Origin: Prorocentrum cordatum
Lineage: Eukaryota
Direction: 5' to 3'
Assembly: GCA_963575745.1 (NCBI GenBank)
Contig: CAUYUJ010000109.1
Span: forward strand, 1 to 64,000
DNA: 64,000 bases
Part shown: piece by piece, positions 12,647 through 25,600 of the stretch
How positions within the stretch are numbered: position 1 is the stretch's first letter
Layout of the letters: each line of letters opens with the position of its first letter
Notes under the pieces: generated by a model
Told to the model about the DNA's origin: nothing
What the model saw: only the letters and a program-made list of their open reading frames with translations
The model's database searches: none
Position numbers and translations under genes: made by a program

Positions 12647-15600
12647 GTGACTGTCCCTGGAGATGTCCCTTTAGGTTTACGACGAGTCTTACCCCCTTCT
12701 CAGGAGATCTGTCGCCCGAGGACTTTGCCCGACTACTACGACAAGGAGATCATCGAGATGCTGACTCCTGCACTCAACCCCGGCTCCGACCCCCAGCGCC
12801 CAGCAGATCAGCACTCCGACCTCCACCCTCCAACGGCATATGAATTTCTCCCTCCACTTCCAACCATCGACCTCCAGCGCCCACCAGCTGAGGATTCGGA
12901 CCTCGAGCCTCAACCACCCGACTTTCCACTTCTACCTCCACCTCCACTTATCGACCTCCAACGTCCAGTAGCTCAACACTCCGACCTTCACCTTCCAGCA
13001 GCATGTGACTTTCAACCTCCACCTCCACATGTCGACCTCCAGCGTCCAGCACCTCAGCACTCCGACCACGTGCCTCAAGCATCTGACTTTCCACCTCCAC
13101 CGCCGCCTCCACCTCCACATATCGACCTCCAGCGTCCAGCAGCTCAACACTCCGACCTACAACATCCAGCAGCATTTGACATTCAACCTCCATCTCCACC
13201 TGTCGACCACCGTCCACTAGCTCAGCACTCCGACCCCGAGCCGGCCCAGTGCCGTTGCGACGCGAGCCCGGGGCCATTACCCACATTTTCGGCCGCCTCT
13301 GGGAGCAGCACCGACCTCGAGCCTCAAACATCTGACTTTCCACCTCCACTTCCACTTTCAACCTCTCCACCTATCGATTTCCAGCCACCACCAACCCAGT
13401 CACCTACCGACTTCCAGCCTTCACCAGTCCAGCATTCCGACCTGCAACCTCAACCATCCGACTTACCACCATCACCATTTTCACCTATCGACCTCCAGCC
13501 TCCAGCTGCCCAGCATTCCGACCTCCAGCGCCCAACGCTCGACATCCCGCCATTACCATCTCCACCTATCGACCTCCAGCCTCCGACGGCACAGCATTCA
13601 GACCTCCAACGTCCAGCAGTCGACCTCCCACCACCACCGTCTTCACCTAACTTCCAACCTCCGACGGCCCAGCATTTCGACCTCCAGCGTCCATCATGTG
13701 ACTTCCCACCACCACCATCTCCACCTATCGACCTCCAGGCTCCGACGGCCCAGCATTCCGACCTCCAGCATCCACCATTCGACCTCCCGCCACCACCATC
13801 CCCACCTATCGACCTCCAGGCTCCGACGGCCCAGCATTCCGACCTCCAGCGGCCAACATTCGACCTCCCACCACCACCATCCACACCTACCGCCCCCCAG
13901 CTCCCACCTCTGACCCAGCGTCCACCAGCACACCACTCCGCACATCCACGCAAGAGCACAGGCGGGGGAAGAGCTGATTATACCCACGTCGACGGCGACG
14001 TTCCCGCTTGCATTCTTCAGGCCCCTCCACACATGCTAAGCATTCGCAGTGGACCATCTCAACCAAGACACCGGCGATACCATCAAGCCACAGCCCAAGA
14101 CGGCACGTGGTCAGTAACGGTACTTCACACAAATGCACGTTCTCTTAACGATGACCGCATTGACGAGGTCATCATCGAGATGGGCACAGAACATTGGGAC
14201 TTCATACTCTTCAACGAATACTGGAGGACAGCAGTTTCAGATATGTGGGAGACTGCCGAAGGCCATATTCTTGCCGGATCTGGTCATGATCAGCCCTCTC
14301 ATGGGGTTGGCGTGTTGGTTCACAAACGATGGGGCAAACACATCAAACAATTCCAAGGTGTTAGCGCTAGGCTTGCAGCGCTCCACATACGGCGGGGCTC
14401 ATTCAAATTGGTGTTAGTCGCAGCGTATTTCCCGCACACGGGATAGAGTGACCAACATGTGGAGCAACTGTACACGCTGATTTCTGCATTGCATGCCGAA
14501 GCTCGCGAACAAAAACATCATGTTATTGTGGCTGGAGACTTTAATGCACAAGTTGGACGCCTGGATTCAATCGAACCCATGCGGCACGACGGCTATGCCG
14601 ACGACGACGAGCCTAGGACTGACGCCAGGCACATCGGGCATCACGCGTATGGGAAGTGTGACTCGAGAGGGGCTTGGCTACGTGCGTGGGCGTCTACGGA
14701 ACGTCTTGTTATCACGAATACATTTTTTCGCAAACCATTGGTGCAGCAAGTAACTTACACTCACAGCAGTGGCTCCGATCAGCAGTTCGACTACATCCTT
14801 GCCTCCAGGCGCCTATTCCGACAATGCCGCAACGTGGAGGCGAACAACGCAGTGGACTTAGGTTCAGATCACAAGGCCGTGGTTGCGCACTTCTGCTTCC
14901 AGCGACGCATCTCCACTGACCGGCACGCGCGCGACGAACAGCACCAGCCCAAGCACACATCGCGACACGCGACCGCCCGCAGTTGGGCCCATGTCAACGT
15001 TGAGGCGTATCACACTACGGCCAAAGACGTTATCTCTGCAGCAGACCTACCCCGACCGCCAGAAGAGCTCAGCAACCATATTGAGACACCCATGTTGGAA
15101 ACAACGACAAAAAGCATTGCGGAGCCGGCGCAACTGAGACCGCACCTCTCGACCAACGTACACCTCCAAGCGCTGATCCAGCAGAGGCGCAACATCCCGA
15201 ATGACAATGCACAGTCCTGACGCGACGTCAGCAAGCAAATCCGACATGAGATACGACGGCAAAAACGAGCAACACGACGTGCGCAGATCAGCACCATACT
15301 CGAGGACTACCGTGGACTCGAGCGCATTACGACCATTAAATCAGGGCGGAAGCGAACACTAATCACGGACATGCGCGGCAAGGACGACGCGAAGCATGCC
15401 AGCAGAGACTCAATTGCGAACGTCTTTGCAGATTTCTACGAGCAGTTGTATCACTCCACTCGACAATCTTCACCGCCTGAGCCTTCTGACGACGCGGTGC
15501 CGCCTCTTACAGTCCAAGAGCTCAACAGGGGACTGTCCAACCTCAAGCGGGGAAAAGCACCCGACACGATCGGAATCAGAGCCGAAATGTTGAAGCATGT

Positions 15601-17367
15601 GCCCACATAACTCAAACGAGCCGTATTCCAAGTATACAACACTGTCGTACAAGCCGACGCGCCTACTCCGCAGAGTTTGCGACAGGCAGTCATCGCAGTA
15701 ATCCCGAGAGCAGGTGGCCCCACGCAACCTGAGAACTACAGGCCAATCTGCACCATTCCCCTGCTCTACAAACTTTTCAGCAAGCTTCTATACGATAGAC
15801 TGCAGCCGCCCCTGGACAAACAACAGCCCCCAGACCAAGCAGGATTTCGCCCGGGACGTTCGACGCAAGATCACCTCTTCACTTTCCACATGCTCAGGGA
15901 GAGAGCTCTGGAATGGAACCAACCACTTTGGATAGCAACGCTGGGCTTCAAGAAGGCTTTCGACGCGGTCGAGCACGAGAGCCTATGGACCGCACTCACG
16001 AGCCAAGGTGTCGCACCAAGCTACATGCACCTACTCCCGAAGATGTATTCTGGCCGAACAGCCACGGTGCGGACAGACACGACCAGCCGCCCATTCAACC
16101 TGCAGGGGGGCGCAAAGCAGGGCGATCCCCTTAGTTCACTACTTTCCAATTCGCTTCTTGAACGCGTCATGCGCCCACTTGTCAACGCATGGAGAAGGCG
16201 CAGCCAAGGCATCCAACTCGGCTTCAATCAAGACTGCTCTCTCACCAACCTGCGCTTTTCCGACGACGTCCTTCTGATGAGCCGCACTTTGCCGCGCTTG
16301 ACGACAGTGCTTGAACACATGGCCACAGCTGCGCAACAACACGGCCTCCGCATCCACCCGGACAAGACGAAGATCCTGACGAATTTGACTCAGAGGACTG
16401 GGGGAGAACGGCAGCACAAGGTGAGCATCAACAGCATGGAAATCGAGATTTTACTTCACAGTGGGTCAGTCAAGTACTTGGGACAGCAGATCAGCTTCCA
16501 AGACGCCATGCAGACCGAGGTGCAACGCCGGATCAAGGCAGGCTGGGCAGCCTTCGCTGCTCGCAAAGAGGAACTCACAGCGAAGCACTACCCCTTGAAG
16601 CGCGGACTCGGCTTTTCGAAGGCACTGTCACACCGACGGTGCTATGCGGGGCGGCCGCTTGGACTCTGACCGAGCCTTTGCGACAACAGTTACGATGCAC
16701 CCAACGACGCATGTTGCGAATGATCGTCGGCTCCCCACGACGACGCAACACCGCCAACACGAGACCGACATCCAGTGCGACCAACCAGTGCGCGACTCAA
16801 GCGACGACAGAACCGCAAACCCACGAAGACGACGCGCACGGAGAAGCAAAACGCAACCGACCGTCATCTACCCACCCAAACGCAGATGCCAGCACGGCTA
16901 ACATCCCCAGCACCGACAACGGGGAGAACGTCGCACCAGAGAGCATTGTCTTGGAGTCGTGGGTCGAATACATCAAGCGCACGACAAGACAAGCAGAAAG
17001 CCTCATACACAAGCACAGTGTGATCGATTGGAATACGAGGCAACGGCGATTGGTGTGGAGATGTGCCGCGAGAGTGGCGAAGCAGTCCCCTCGAGAATGG
17101 TCTCAATGCGTGGTCAACTGGCACCCGAGCCTCCATGCTTCTCAAAAAGGCAACAGGAATTCGGGGGGGCAGCAGAAGCGATGGGATGGCGACGTGCGTG
17201 ATTTTCTCGTATCCCACGGTGTGCAAGAGAGACCCGCCCGGAGCAGGTGCGACGTGAACAACATCGATTGGCTTAAACTGGCGACCGACGATTCAACTTT
17301 GACTACAGTGGAGGCGCAATTTGTCACGTGTTCCACTCCTGAAACTTCTGTGACGCCGGCCGCCTGA
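12647..17367 (+). pseudogene. LINE polyprotein: Pro-rich repeats + APE endonuclease + reverse transcriptase
   Basis: APE motifs: HTNARSL, FILFNE, GVGVLV, AAYFP, VAGDFNAQVG, NTFF, FDYIL, GSDH. RT motifs: NYRPI, QAGFR, FKKAFD, KQGDPLS, LRFSDD, YLG. The frame has in-frame stops at 14444 (TAG), 15218 (TGA) and 15608 (TAA), and a frameshift near 16600. Confidence 0.95.
12790..13930 (+). repeat. ~81-bp (27-aa) coding tandem repeat, IDLQxPxAQHSDLQxPxxDxPPPPSPP
   Basis: ATCGACCTCCAG occurs at 13487, 13568, 13727 and 13808, with further degenerate copies. Confidence 0.9.
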
Positions 17368-17478
17368 GTAAGCTTCCAGCTAGCCGGCCATGTCTGCGAG
17401 GCCACGGTCTCACCCGCTCCGCCCTTAAGGGGCCCGGGCGATTGCCCGCGCGGGCGCCCCATTCCCATTCCCATTCCC

Positions 17479-20400
17479 ATCGAGTCGAAAAGCCGAGCGT
17501 GTGCCAAAACAAATTGCAGCGCGCGAAGAGCATTTCGAACGTAGCTCGAGACACAAACCGATCTCAGGCTTCCGGACCATGCAAATAAAAGCTTCTGATG
17601 CTGATGATCCCATCCGTCTATAATAAACCTCTCTACGCGCCCCGATCAAGTCGGAAAATCGGCCAGGTGTCTTTGAAACGCCGCCATGCTTTACATTTCT
17701 ATATTCCTTTCCGGGTTCGTGGGTCGATCACGTTCCCGGAAAGGGCACCGTCCCAGGGTTCCATTTTAGTTTGTGTCCCCTAGGGTTTGACTTGAGGTGG
17801 GCCGGCGAAGTTCTTGTGCGATGAATATCGAGGTCGAGGTGGGCCGGCGAAAATGAATTTGTTGAGGATGTCTCCAGCAAAACGCTTGTTTTGTGTTATA
17901 GATTGTCCTCTCCTGGGAACCTCAATTCACAGGATCTCTCAAGTGGACTGCTTGTTTTCACGTGTCCAGGTCTTGAGGATGTCTCGAGCGAGACGCTTGC
18001 ATATGTTTTATGTTGACGAATCGGTTCAGCAGCATCATAATCTTTTTCGTTCACAGGTTCTAACAGCCTGAGCTTCGTTTGCGTCTCGAGTTTTGTTGGA
18101 AACACTATTCGCCCTCTGCAACTTTTTTGGGCGTGGCCTCGGTGGTTCGACTTGATCTCGAGATATGCGCATCTGCAGAGGTTATGTGCGCCGAGAGCTT
18201 CAGCAGCATCGGGAGCTGTAGTCTTGAGGTTCGTGGTGCGTGTCATCGGTCTGCTTCTCGAGCTATGGCCGAACAACTATTCGCACTCTGCAACTCTTTG
18301 GGCAAATTTTCGGGTGTTCGCCATGATTTCGACATTCAGAGCAGCTGGAGAGTATAGAGATGAATCATTTCAGCAGCATCAGGAACCTTTCGTTCACATG
18401 GCCCAACAGCCTGAAGATTTGCTCCACGAGCTAGGTTCGAACAAAAGCATTCGCGCCTTGCAAGTTTTTGGGCGCGCGCTTGGTTTTTCGACTTGGTCTC
18501 GAGCTATGTCCGACAAAGTATTCGTATTCTGCAATGTCTTTTGGCACATGCTCGTTTTTTTTCGACTTGTTCTCGAGATTTCGAGCAACTACAGAGGTTT
18601 CATGTGTACGAACAACTCCAGGAACATCGAACTCATTAGTCCAGGGGCCTGAGATCGGCTTGTTCCTCTAGCTTTACACGTTATTCGCATGCAGAGTTTA
18701 GATCATGCGTGTCGCGGTTTGCGGAACGAGCTGCGAACCACAGGCCAATGCTAAGTCTCAAACTGATTTATTCCGCAGATGATTGATCAATAAATCAGAT
18801 GGAACGCCCGAGGAAGTCGAAATCTGTCCAGAACTTCTAGAACTATTAAGAAATTCAGTTTATTTCATAACTTCCGTTATCGCAGACTAGACGGCTGCGG
18901 CTGCGCGTCTGCGCGGCATTGGCTACGCGGCTGCGCGGTTGCGCGGCTGCGCGGCTGCAGCCGCGGCTGCGGCTGCGGAGCCCCACGAGGCCCCTGGCGG
19001 TAGCCAGGCTGACGGTTTACCGCCGGCGCCCAGTCTTAGAGTTCGAGACCGACTTCGAGGAATCAGTTTGAGCCTTGGCAAGGACCCGTGGTTCGCAGTC
19101 CGTTCTGCCCACCTGCTCGACACCAAAACAAATGTGATGTAGTCAATATATTTTGGTGCGAATAGTGTCTTGGAAATAGCTCGGAGGCAAACCAATTTTA
19201 GGCTTATCGAGCCTCTAGACTAAGGCTTCCGACGCTATTGAAATTATTGGCGCGCGTTCAACTCATGTAATTGCTCCGAATCTCGAGATATGTGGAAAAA
19301 CCGAGCATGCGCCGAGACAGTTTGCGCACTTGTGTCGTCCAGACCCGGATAGCACGGCGCCCGAAGGGCGTGCAAACGCCCGGCGAAGCCCTCTGGAAGG
19401 ACCCTCGGGGCACGCGTGTTGCAGACGCTTAGAGAAGGCCACTCGGGGCCCGCTGCAGATTCAAGCAAGGCGCGCCGAAGCTCCCTGTCCGCCGCCGAAA
19501 CGAGCTCTGGGTCTACGCCGCGGCTCCGGCTTCTTAATCTAAAACCTTCTTAGCTCTCTGGGAGCTATCCGGGAAGTACAAACATTACTCGACTGATCTC
19601 AGGCGACCCGATCCTCTGAATTAGAGCTCCCAGTGCTGCTGAAGCTATCGGCGCGCATGAGACCCCTGTAGCTGCTCCAAATCTCGAGATCAAGTCGAAA
19701 GCCGAGCATGTGCCCGAACAGATGCAGAGTGCAAATAGTTTTTCGAACGTAGTTCGGGACGCAAACCGATCGCGGGCTGTTTGACCGTTTGAACGAAAGC
19801 TTTTGAAGCTGCGGAACCTGTTCGTACATGAAACCTCGCTAGCTGCTCTGAATGTCCAGATCAAATCGGAAATATGTTCCCAAAGAGTTACAGAGTGCGT
19901 TTTGACCATAGCTGGAATAGCAGACAGGCTTCCGATGCTGCTGAATCTCACGGTGCACATGAAGCCTCTGTAGCTGCTCCATATGTCGAGATCAAGTCGA
20001 AACACCGAGCATATGCCCCCCAACGAATGCAGAGTGCAATTAGTTTTTAGAACGTAGCTCGAGAAGGAAACCGAAATCAGGCTGTTATACGAACGGTAGG
20101 TTCTGATGCTGCTGAACCTAGTCGCCCACGTGAAACATGTGCAGTTGCGGTGAATCACGAGATGAAGTAAACAAAACCGAACATTTGCCCCCCAGAAAGA
20201 AGTTTTTTTCGGCTATAGTTCGAGTAGCAGCCCTCTCGATCCTCTGAGCTGATGCTGCCGATGCTAAACGAGCTGCTGAACCTATCTGTCGACCTGGGGC
20301 CTCTCTAGCTGCTCTGACTGTCAGATCAAGTCGAAACACCGAACATTTGAGCGCAATAGTAGCAGAGTGCGAGCATTTTTTGATCTAAGACGTCCTGATC

Positions 20401-20480
20401 CACTAGACGGGAGCTTCCCATGCTGCTAAAGCTATGTACATTGGAAACCTCTATAGCTGCTTTAGATTGCGGGATTTTGT
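17479..20480. repeat. Degenerate ~150-170-bp repeat family (also 12110-12632); minus orientation ~17990-18810, plus orientation ~19060-20480
   Basis: GCTGCTGAA..GTAGCTGCTC..GATCAAGTCGAAA..CCGAGCAT recurs. 18720-18810 is the reverse complement of 12360-12450. (GCGGCT)n lies at ~18890-18978. Confidence 0.75.
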
Positions 20481-20849
20481 TCACGAACCCCAAATACGGA
20501 GAACATGTTATTTTCTTGAGGTCAGTTTCTGGTTGTCAATCGATCGACATATTGCAGATACAGCCCTGAAGCTTTCAATGCATATTCTCCATGATCGAGT
20601 GCTCAGTGGAGAATCTGGAATTTCAAAATGAATTACCAAACGGTTTTTTGCACATGAACGCCGAATCAATGTTTCCACTTTGTCCTTTCTGAAGTCGTCC
20701 AACTTGCTCCGCCCTGCACCCGAACTCCTTTTAGCTCGGATAGTTCGTAGAGAGCTAAGAAGGCTTCATATTGAGAAGCCAGAGCCGCAGGGTACGCTGT
20801 TCCATGTCGTGTCGGGGTGTTTCCTCGTCTTTGTCGTATTCGGCCCTTC

Positions 20850-21500
20850 GTGTCATTCCCTCCTCCCCTCCTGGAGCCTAGTGGGGGCCTCTTGGGGGGC
20901 CTTTTGGAGGCCTCTCGGGCGCATCTTGGGCTTCTTGGGGGCCTGATCGGGGCCTGATTGGGGCTCCTTGGGGCGTCTTGGGGCGCTCTTGGGCCGTCTG
21001 GCGCCTTCGGATGCCGTCTGGGGTGCATCTCTGGGACCGTGGGGCCCTCTTGGGTCCCATTTGGACCATCTTGTGCGTCTCTTGGGCCGTCTTGGGGCCT
21101 GCTTGGCCGTCTTGGGACAGTCTTGGATGCGTCTGGGAGGCCTCTCGGGCCAACTCTTGTGGTGCTCTTGGGCCGTCTTGGGACCCTCCCAGGCCATCTT
21201 GAGGCCGTCTTGGGGCATCTGAAGCAGAGAAACCCGACACGACCAGACTGCCAGCATCAGTCAAGCACATACGGAACAACATTGATTTCGACATCTTCGG
21301 GCCCTCTGGGAGATCCTCGTGGAGCCCTCCTGGGACATATTGGGGGCCTCTAGCATCGGCTTGAGGCCATCTTGGTCAGTCTTGTCGCCATTTTGGGCCA
21401 TCTTGGAGGCCCCTTGGGCCTTGATGGCATCCCTGGGCAGTCTTGGAAGCCATACTGGACATTCTGGAGACCTTGGGAAGCCCCAGGGATGCGCCAGGGC
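20850..21500. repeat. Degenerate (TCTTGGGGGCC)-like low-complexity repeat
   Basis: CTTGG(G/A)GGCC repeats about every 11 bp. The same family occurs at 50420-50480 and 52040-52360. Confidence 0.85.
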
Positions 21501-22159
21501 CGCCAGGGAGCCTCGGATGGGCTGGCGGTGCACTCAGCTGGACGCGTCGAGAATGGGGCGGTCTCTCAATTAGATGACCCGCACAGGTGCTCTGCCAGGC
21601 AGCACTTGGCATCCTACCGCGCCTCAACGTGCAAGTGGGCACGGTGGCGGATGACGGGAAGCGCCTCCGGCGTGGACTGTTTCCTTTCAGGGGTGGGATC
21701 GCATCCCGCACCTCACTGGCGGATGACGGGAAGCGCCTTCGAGGAACGAGAAGCGGCTGAAGCGCGGGCTTTGGATTCTGTGGGAACTGCAGTTGTACTA
21801 AGACATGGCTACATGTGTACAGGGATGGTGCCCGATGACGGGACTTGCTGGCGGATGACGGGAAAGCGCGCTAAGAGTCGCGCAATGAACGTTGCTGCTG
21901 ACCTGGAGTGAAGCATCCATCGAGTGGGTGTTCAGGGGGGAACGGCTCGGGGTTGCTCGCGTATTCGCCGCTCGGGCAGGACGGGAAGTGCGCTCAGACT
22001 AGAAGAGTCGCGCGACGGATGTCGCTTACCGTCCCAGGGACACATTTTCTGAGCGGGGAGGTTCAGGAGGGGAATGGCTCGTGGTGGTTCTCTGATGATG
22101 GGAAGCGCGCTTAGCCTCGAAGAGGCGCAAGATGAACCCCGACGAGTGCCAAGGTCCCT

Positions 22160-22590
22160 CGCTTCTTCCACGTCCTTCTCCTTGTCCTCCTCGTCCCTCT
22201 TCTATTCGTCTTCCTCCTCCTCGTTCTTCTTACGGTCCTTCTTCACTTCGTCTCCGTCGTTCTGGTCCTCGTACTCTCCCGCCTTGTCTTACTCGTCCTC
22301 GTCCTCCTCGAAAGCCTCGTCCCCTCTCCGCGTACTCCCCGTTTCCCCCCTCCTCATCCACGCTGCCCTCCTCTTCTCCCACGCTGCTGTCCTCCTGCCC
22401 CTCCTCGTCGATCTTGTCATCGTCTTCCTTTTCGTACTCGTTCTCCTCGTCTTCATTTCCCTTGTTCTTGTGCTTGTCTTCCTCGCAGCTCTCATGGCCC
22501 TCATCATTTTCCCCTCGTCATCAATGCTGTCTTCCTCCGCACCCGCCTCCCTGTCGTCCTCCTCTCCCTTCTTGCCTTCTTCATCTTGCA
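22160..22590. repeat. Pyrimidine-rich degenerate (TCC/TCG/TCT)n tract
   Basis: Directly visible low complexity. Confidence 0.85.
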
Positions 22591-22639
22591 AGCCGAGCGG
22601 ACAGCAGCGTTGCTTCCCACTCTTGTCCCGTCAGGTTTC

Positions 22640-25600
22640 AGGTGATGCCCGGCGGGACGGCAGATGCTCAGCTCATCAAGCATATCCGTTGCAGTGGCCT
22701 CCTTCCTTGCGACGGCTACGGATGCAGCGACAGTAGACGGTGCGGCCATCGAGGTGTCAGCTGGAGAGCTTTCGCCTTAAACTTCCGCACGCCAGCTCCT
22801 GTGACCAAATCCGCTGGTTTCTCTCGAAGCGAAGGATTCCGCACATATTTTGGCGTTTTTTTGTTTTGACAGCCATTGCAGCGCCGACATTGCCCGATCG
22901 TGGTCCTACGCAGTCAGTCGCCAGGAAATGGGAGCATAATTACATGCCAGGTTTAGCGAGCTGTGAAATTCATCGGGAGAACACTGATCGGTGTTCGGCC
23001 ATCGCATGCACCTGCGTAGTGGCCACACTTCCTGCATTCGCCGCAGATGCTGTGAGGGCAGGAGGTGAGGCATTCGAGGTGCCCGCAAGGGATCTCTACT
23101 CGAGGCTGTACCAATGCTAGTCTTGCTCAAATCCACAGAGGGGCTGGCGCGGCTGTCAGACTGGCCGGCTCATCTTGTATACCTGTTTCGTTGTTTTCAG
23201 TGCCTCAGACGGCTGCAACTGCAGCGAGATCATGAGGCGGCCGTCGAGGTGTTTGTTGTAGGGCTCATGCCTTGTGCTGCAGCTCGCGCCACCCAAGGTG
23301 TGAGTTCAGGCTTGTGCGGAGTACGGGGTGATATATTTCAGCTGGCCAGCAGGACGGCAGATGCTCAGCTCATCAAGCATATCCGTTGCAGTGGCCTCCT
23401 TCCTTGCGACGGCTACGGATGCAGCGACAGTAGACGGTGCGGCCATCGAGGTGTCAGCTGGAGAGCTTTCGCCTTAAACTTCCGCGCAACAGTTCATGCC
23501 TTTCAGAGTGTGATTTCAGACTGGCGCTGAGACTTCCGCGCAGCAGCTCATGCCACCCAGAGTGTGAGTGCAGGCTTGTGCGGAGTACGGGGTGATGTAT
23601 TTCAGCTGGCCAGCAGGAGGGCAGATGCTCAGCTCATCAAGCATATCCGTTGCAGTGGCCTCCTTCCTTGCGACGGCTACGGATGCAGCGACAGTAGACG
23701 GTGCGGCCATCGAGGTGTCAGCTGGAGAGCTTTCGCCTTAAACTTCCGCGCAACAGTTCATGCCTTTCAGAGTGTGATTTCAGACTGGCGCTGAGACTTC
23801 CGCGCAGCAGCTCATGCCGCCCAGAGTGTGAGTGCAGGCTTGTGCGGAGTACGGGGTGATGTATTTCAGCTGGCCAGCAGGACGGCAGATGCTCAGCTCA
23901 TCAAGCATATCCGTTGCAGTGGCCTCCTTCCTTGCGACGGCTACGGATGCAGCGACAGTAGACGGTGCGGCCATCGAGGTGTCAGCTGGAGAGCTTTCGC
24001 CTTAAACTTCCGCGCAACAGTTCATGCCTTTCGAGTGTGATTTCAGACTGGCGCTGAGACTTCCGCGCAGCAGCTCATGCCACCCAGAGTGTGAGTGCAG
24101 GCTTGTGCGGAGTACGGGGTGATGTATTTCAGCTGGCCAGCAGGACGGCAGATGCTCAGCTCATCAAGCATATCCGTTGCAGTGGCTTCCTTCCTTGCGA
24201 CGGCTACGGATGCAGCGACAGTAGACGGTGCGGCCATCGAGGTGTTTGCTAGAGAGTTTTCGCCTTAAACTTCCGCACGCCAGCTCCTGTGACCAAATCC
24301 GCTGGTTTCTCTCGAAGCTAAGGATTCCGCACATATTTTGGCGTGTTTTGTTTTGACAGCCATTGCAGCGCCGACATTGCCCGATCGTGGTCCTACGCAG
24401 CCAGTCGCCAGGAAATGGGAGCATACATGCCAGGTTTAGCGAGCTGTGAAATTCATCGGGGGAACACTGATCGGTGTTCGGCCATCGCATGCACCTGCGT
24501 AGTGGCCACACTTCCTGCATTCGCCGCAGATGCTGTGAGGGCAGGAGGTGAGGCATTCGAGGTCAAGGGATCTCTACTCGAGGCTGTACCAATGCTAGTC
24601 TTGCTCAACTCCACAGAGGGGCTGGCGCGGCTGTCAGACTGGCCGGCTCATCTTGCATACCTGTTTCGTTGTTTTCAGTGCCCCAGACGGCTGCATCTGC
24701 AGCGAGATCATGAGGCGGCCGTCGAGGTGTTTGTTGTAGGGCTCATGCCTTGTGCTGCAGCTCGCGCCACCCAAGGTGTGAGTTCAGGCTTGTGCGGAGT
24801 ACGGGGTGATATATTTCAGCTGGCCAGCAGGACGGCAGATGCTCAGCTCATCAAGCATATCCGTTGCAGTGGCCTCCTTCCTTGCGACGGCTACGGATGC
24901 AGCGACAGTAGACGGTGCGGCCATCGAGGTGTCAGCTGGAGAGCTTTCGCCTTAAACTTCCGCGCACCAGTTCATGCCTTTCAGAGTGTGATTTCAGACT
25001 GGCGCTGAGACTTCCGCGCAGCAGTTCATGCCACCCAGAGTGTGAGTGCAGGCTTGTGCGGAGTACGGGGTGATGTATTTCAGCTGGCCAGCAGGAGGGC
25101 AGATGCTCAGCTCATCAAGCATATCCGTGGCAGTGGCTTCCCGCCTTGCGACGGCTACGGATGCAGCGACAGTAGACGGTGCGGCCATCGAGGTGTCAGC
25201 TGAAGAGCTTTCGCTTTAAACTTCCGCGCAACAGTTCATGCCTTTCAGAGTGTGATTTCAGACTGGCGCTGAGACTTCCGCGCAGCAGCTCATGCCACCC
25301 AGAGTGTGAGTGCAGGCTTGTGCGGAGTACGGGGTGATGTATTTCAGCTGGCCAGCAGGACGGCAGATGCTCAGCTCATCAAGCATATCCGTTGCAGTGG
25401 CCTCCTTCCTTGCGACGGCTACGGATGCAGCGACAGTAGACGGTGCGGCCATCGAGGTGTCTGCTGGAGAGCTTTCGCCTTAAACTTCCGCGCAGCAGTT
25501 CATTCCTTTTAGAGTGTGATGTCAGACAGGCGCTGAGACTTCCGCGCAGCAGCTCATGCCACCCAGAGTGTGAGTGCAGGCTTGTGCGGAGTACGGGGTG

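Larger units (their letters stand above)
12633..17478 (+). mobile_element. 5'-truncated non-LTR retrotransposon (APE-RT LINE, RTE-like), degraded
   Basis: APE and RT motifs lie in one reading frame. There is a GC-rich 3' UTR hairpin and a (CCCATT)n tail at 17458-17480. Joining the two flanks rebuilds one unit of the host repeat. Confidence 0.92.

Noticed and set aside
14444..15610. Stop-codon reassignment suggested by in-frame stops in the LINE ORF
   Set aside because: All three stop types occur, each is one substitution from a plausible sense codon, and a frameshift is also present. This is ordinary decay.
17755..17790. Telomere-like AGGGTT words
   Set aside because: Only two isolated occurrences, with no TTTAGGG array.
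21382..21400. Possible SL relic TTGTCGCCATTTTGGGCCA
   Set aside because: It is embedded in a GCCATCTTGG-type low-complexity repeat, so the match is likely chance.
21645..22130. GATGACGGGAAGCGC repeats with apparently unique spacers, as a CRISPR
   Set aside because: Spacing is irregular (about 72-130 bp), the repeats are degenerate and the spacers are partly homologous, so this is a decayed tandem repeat.
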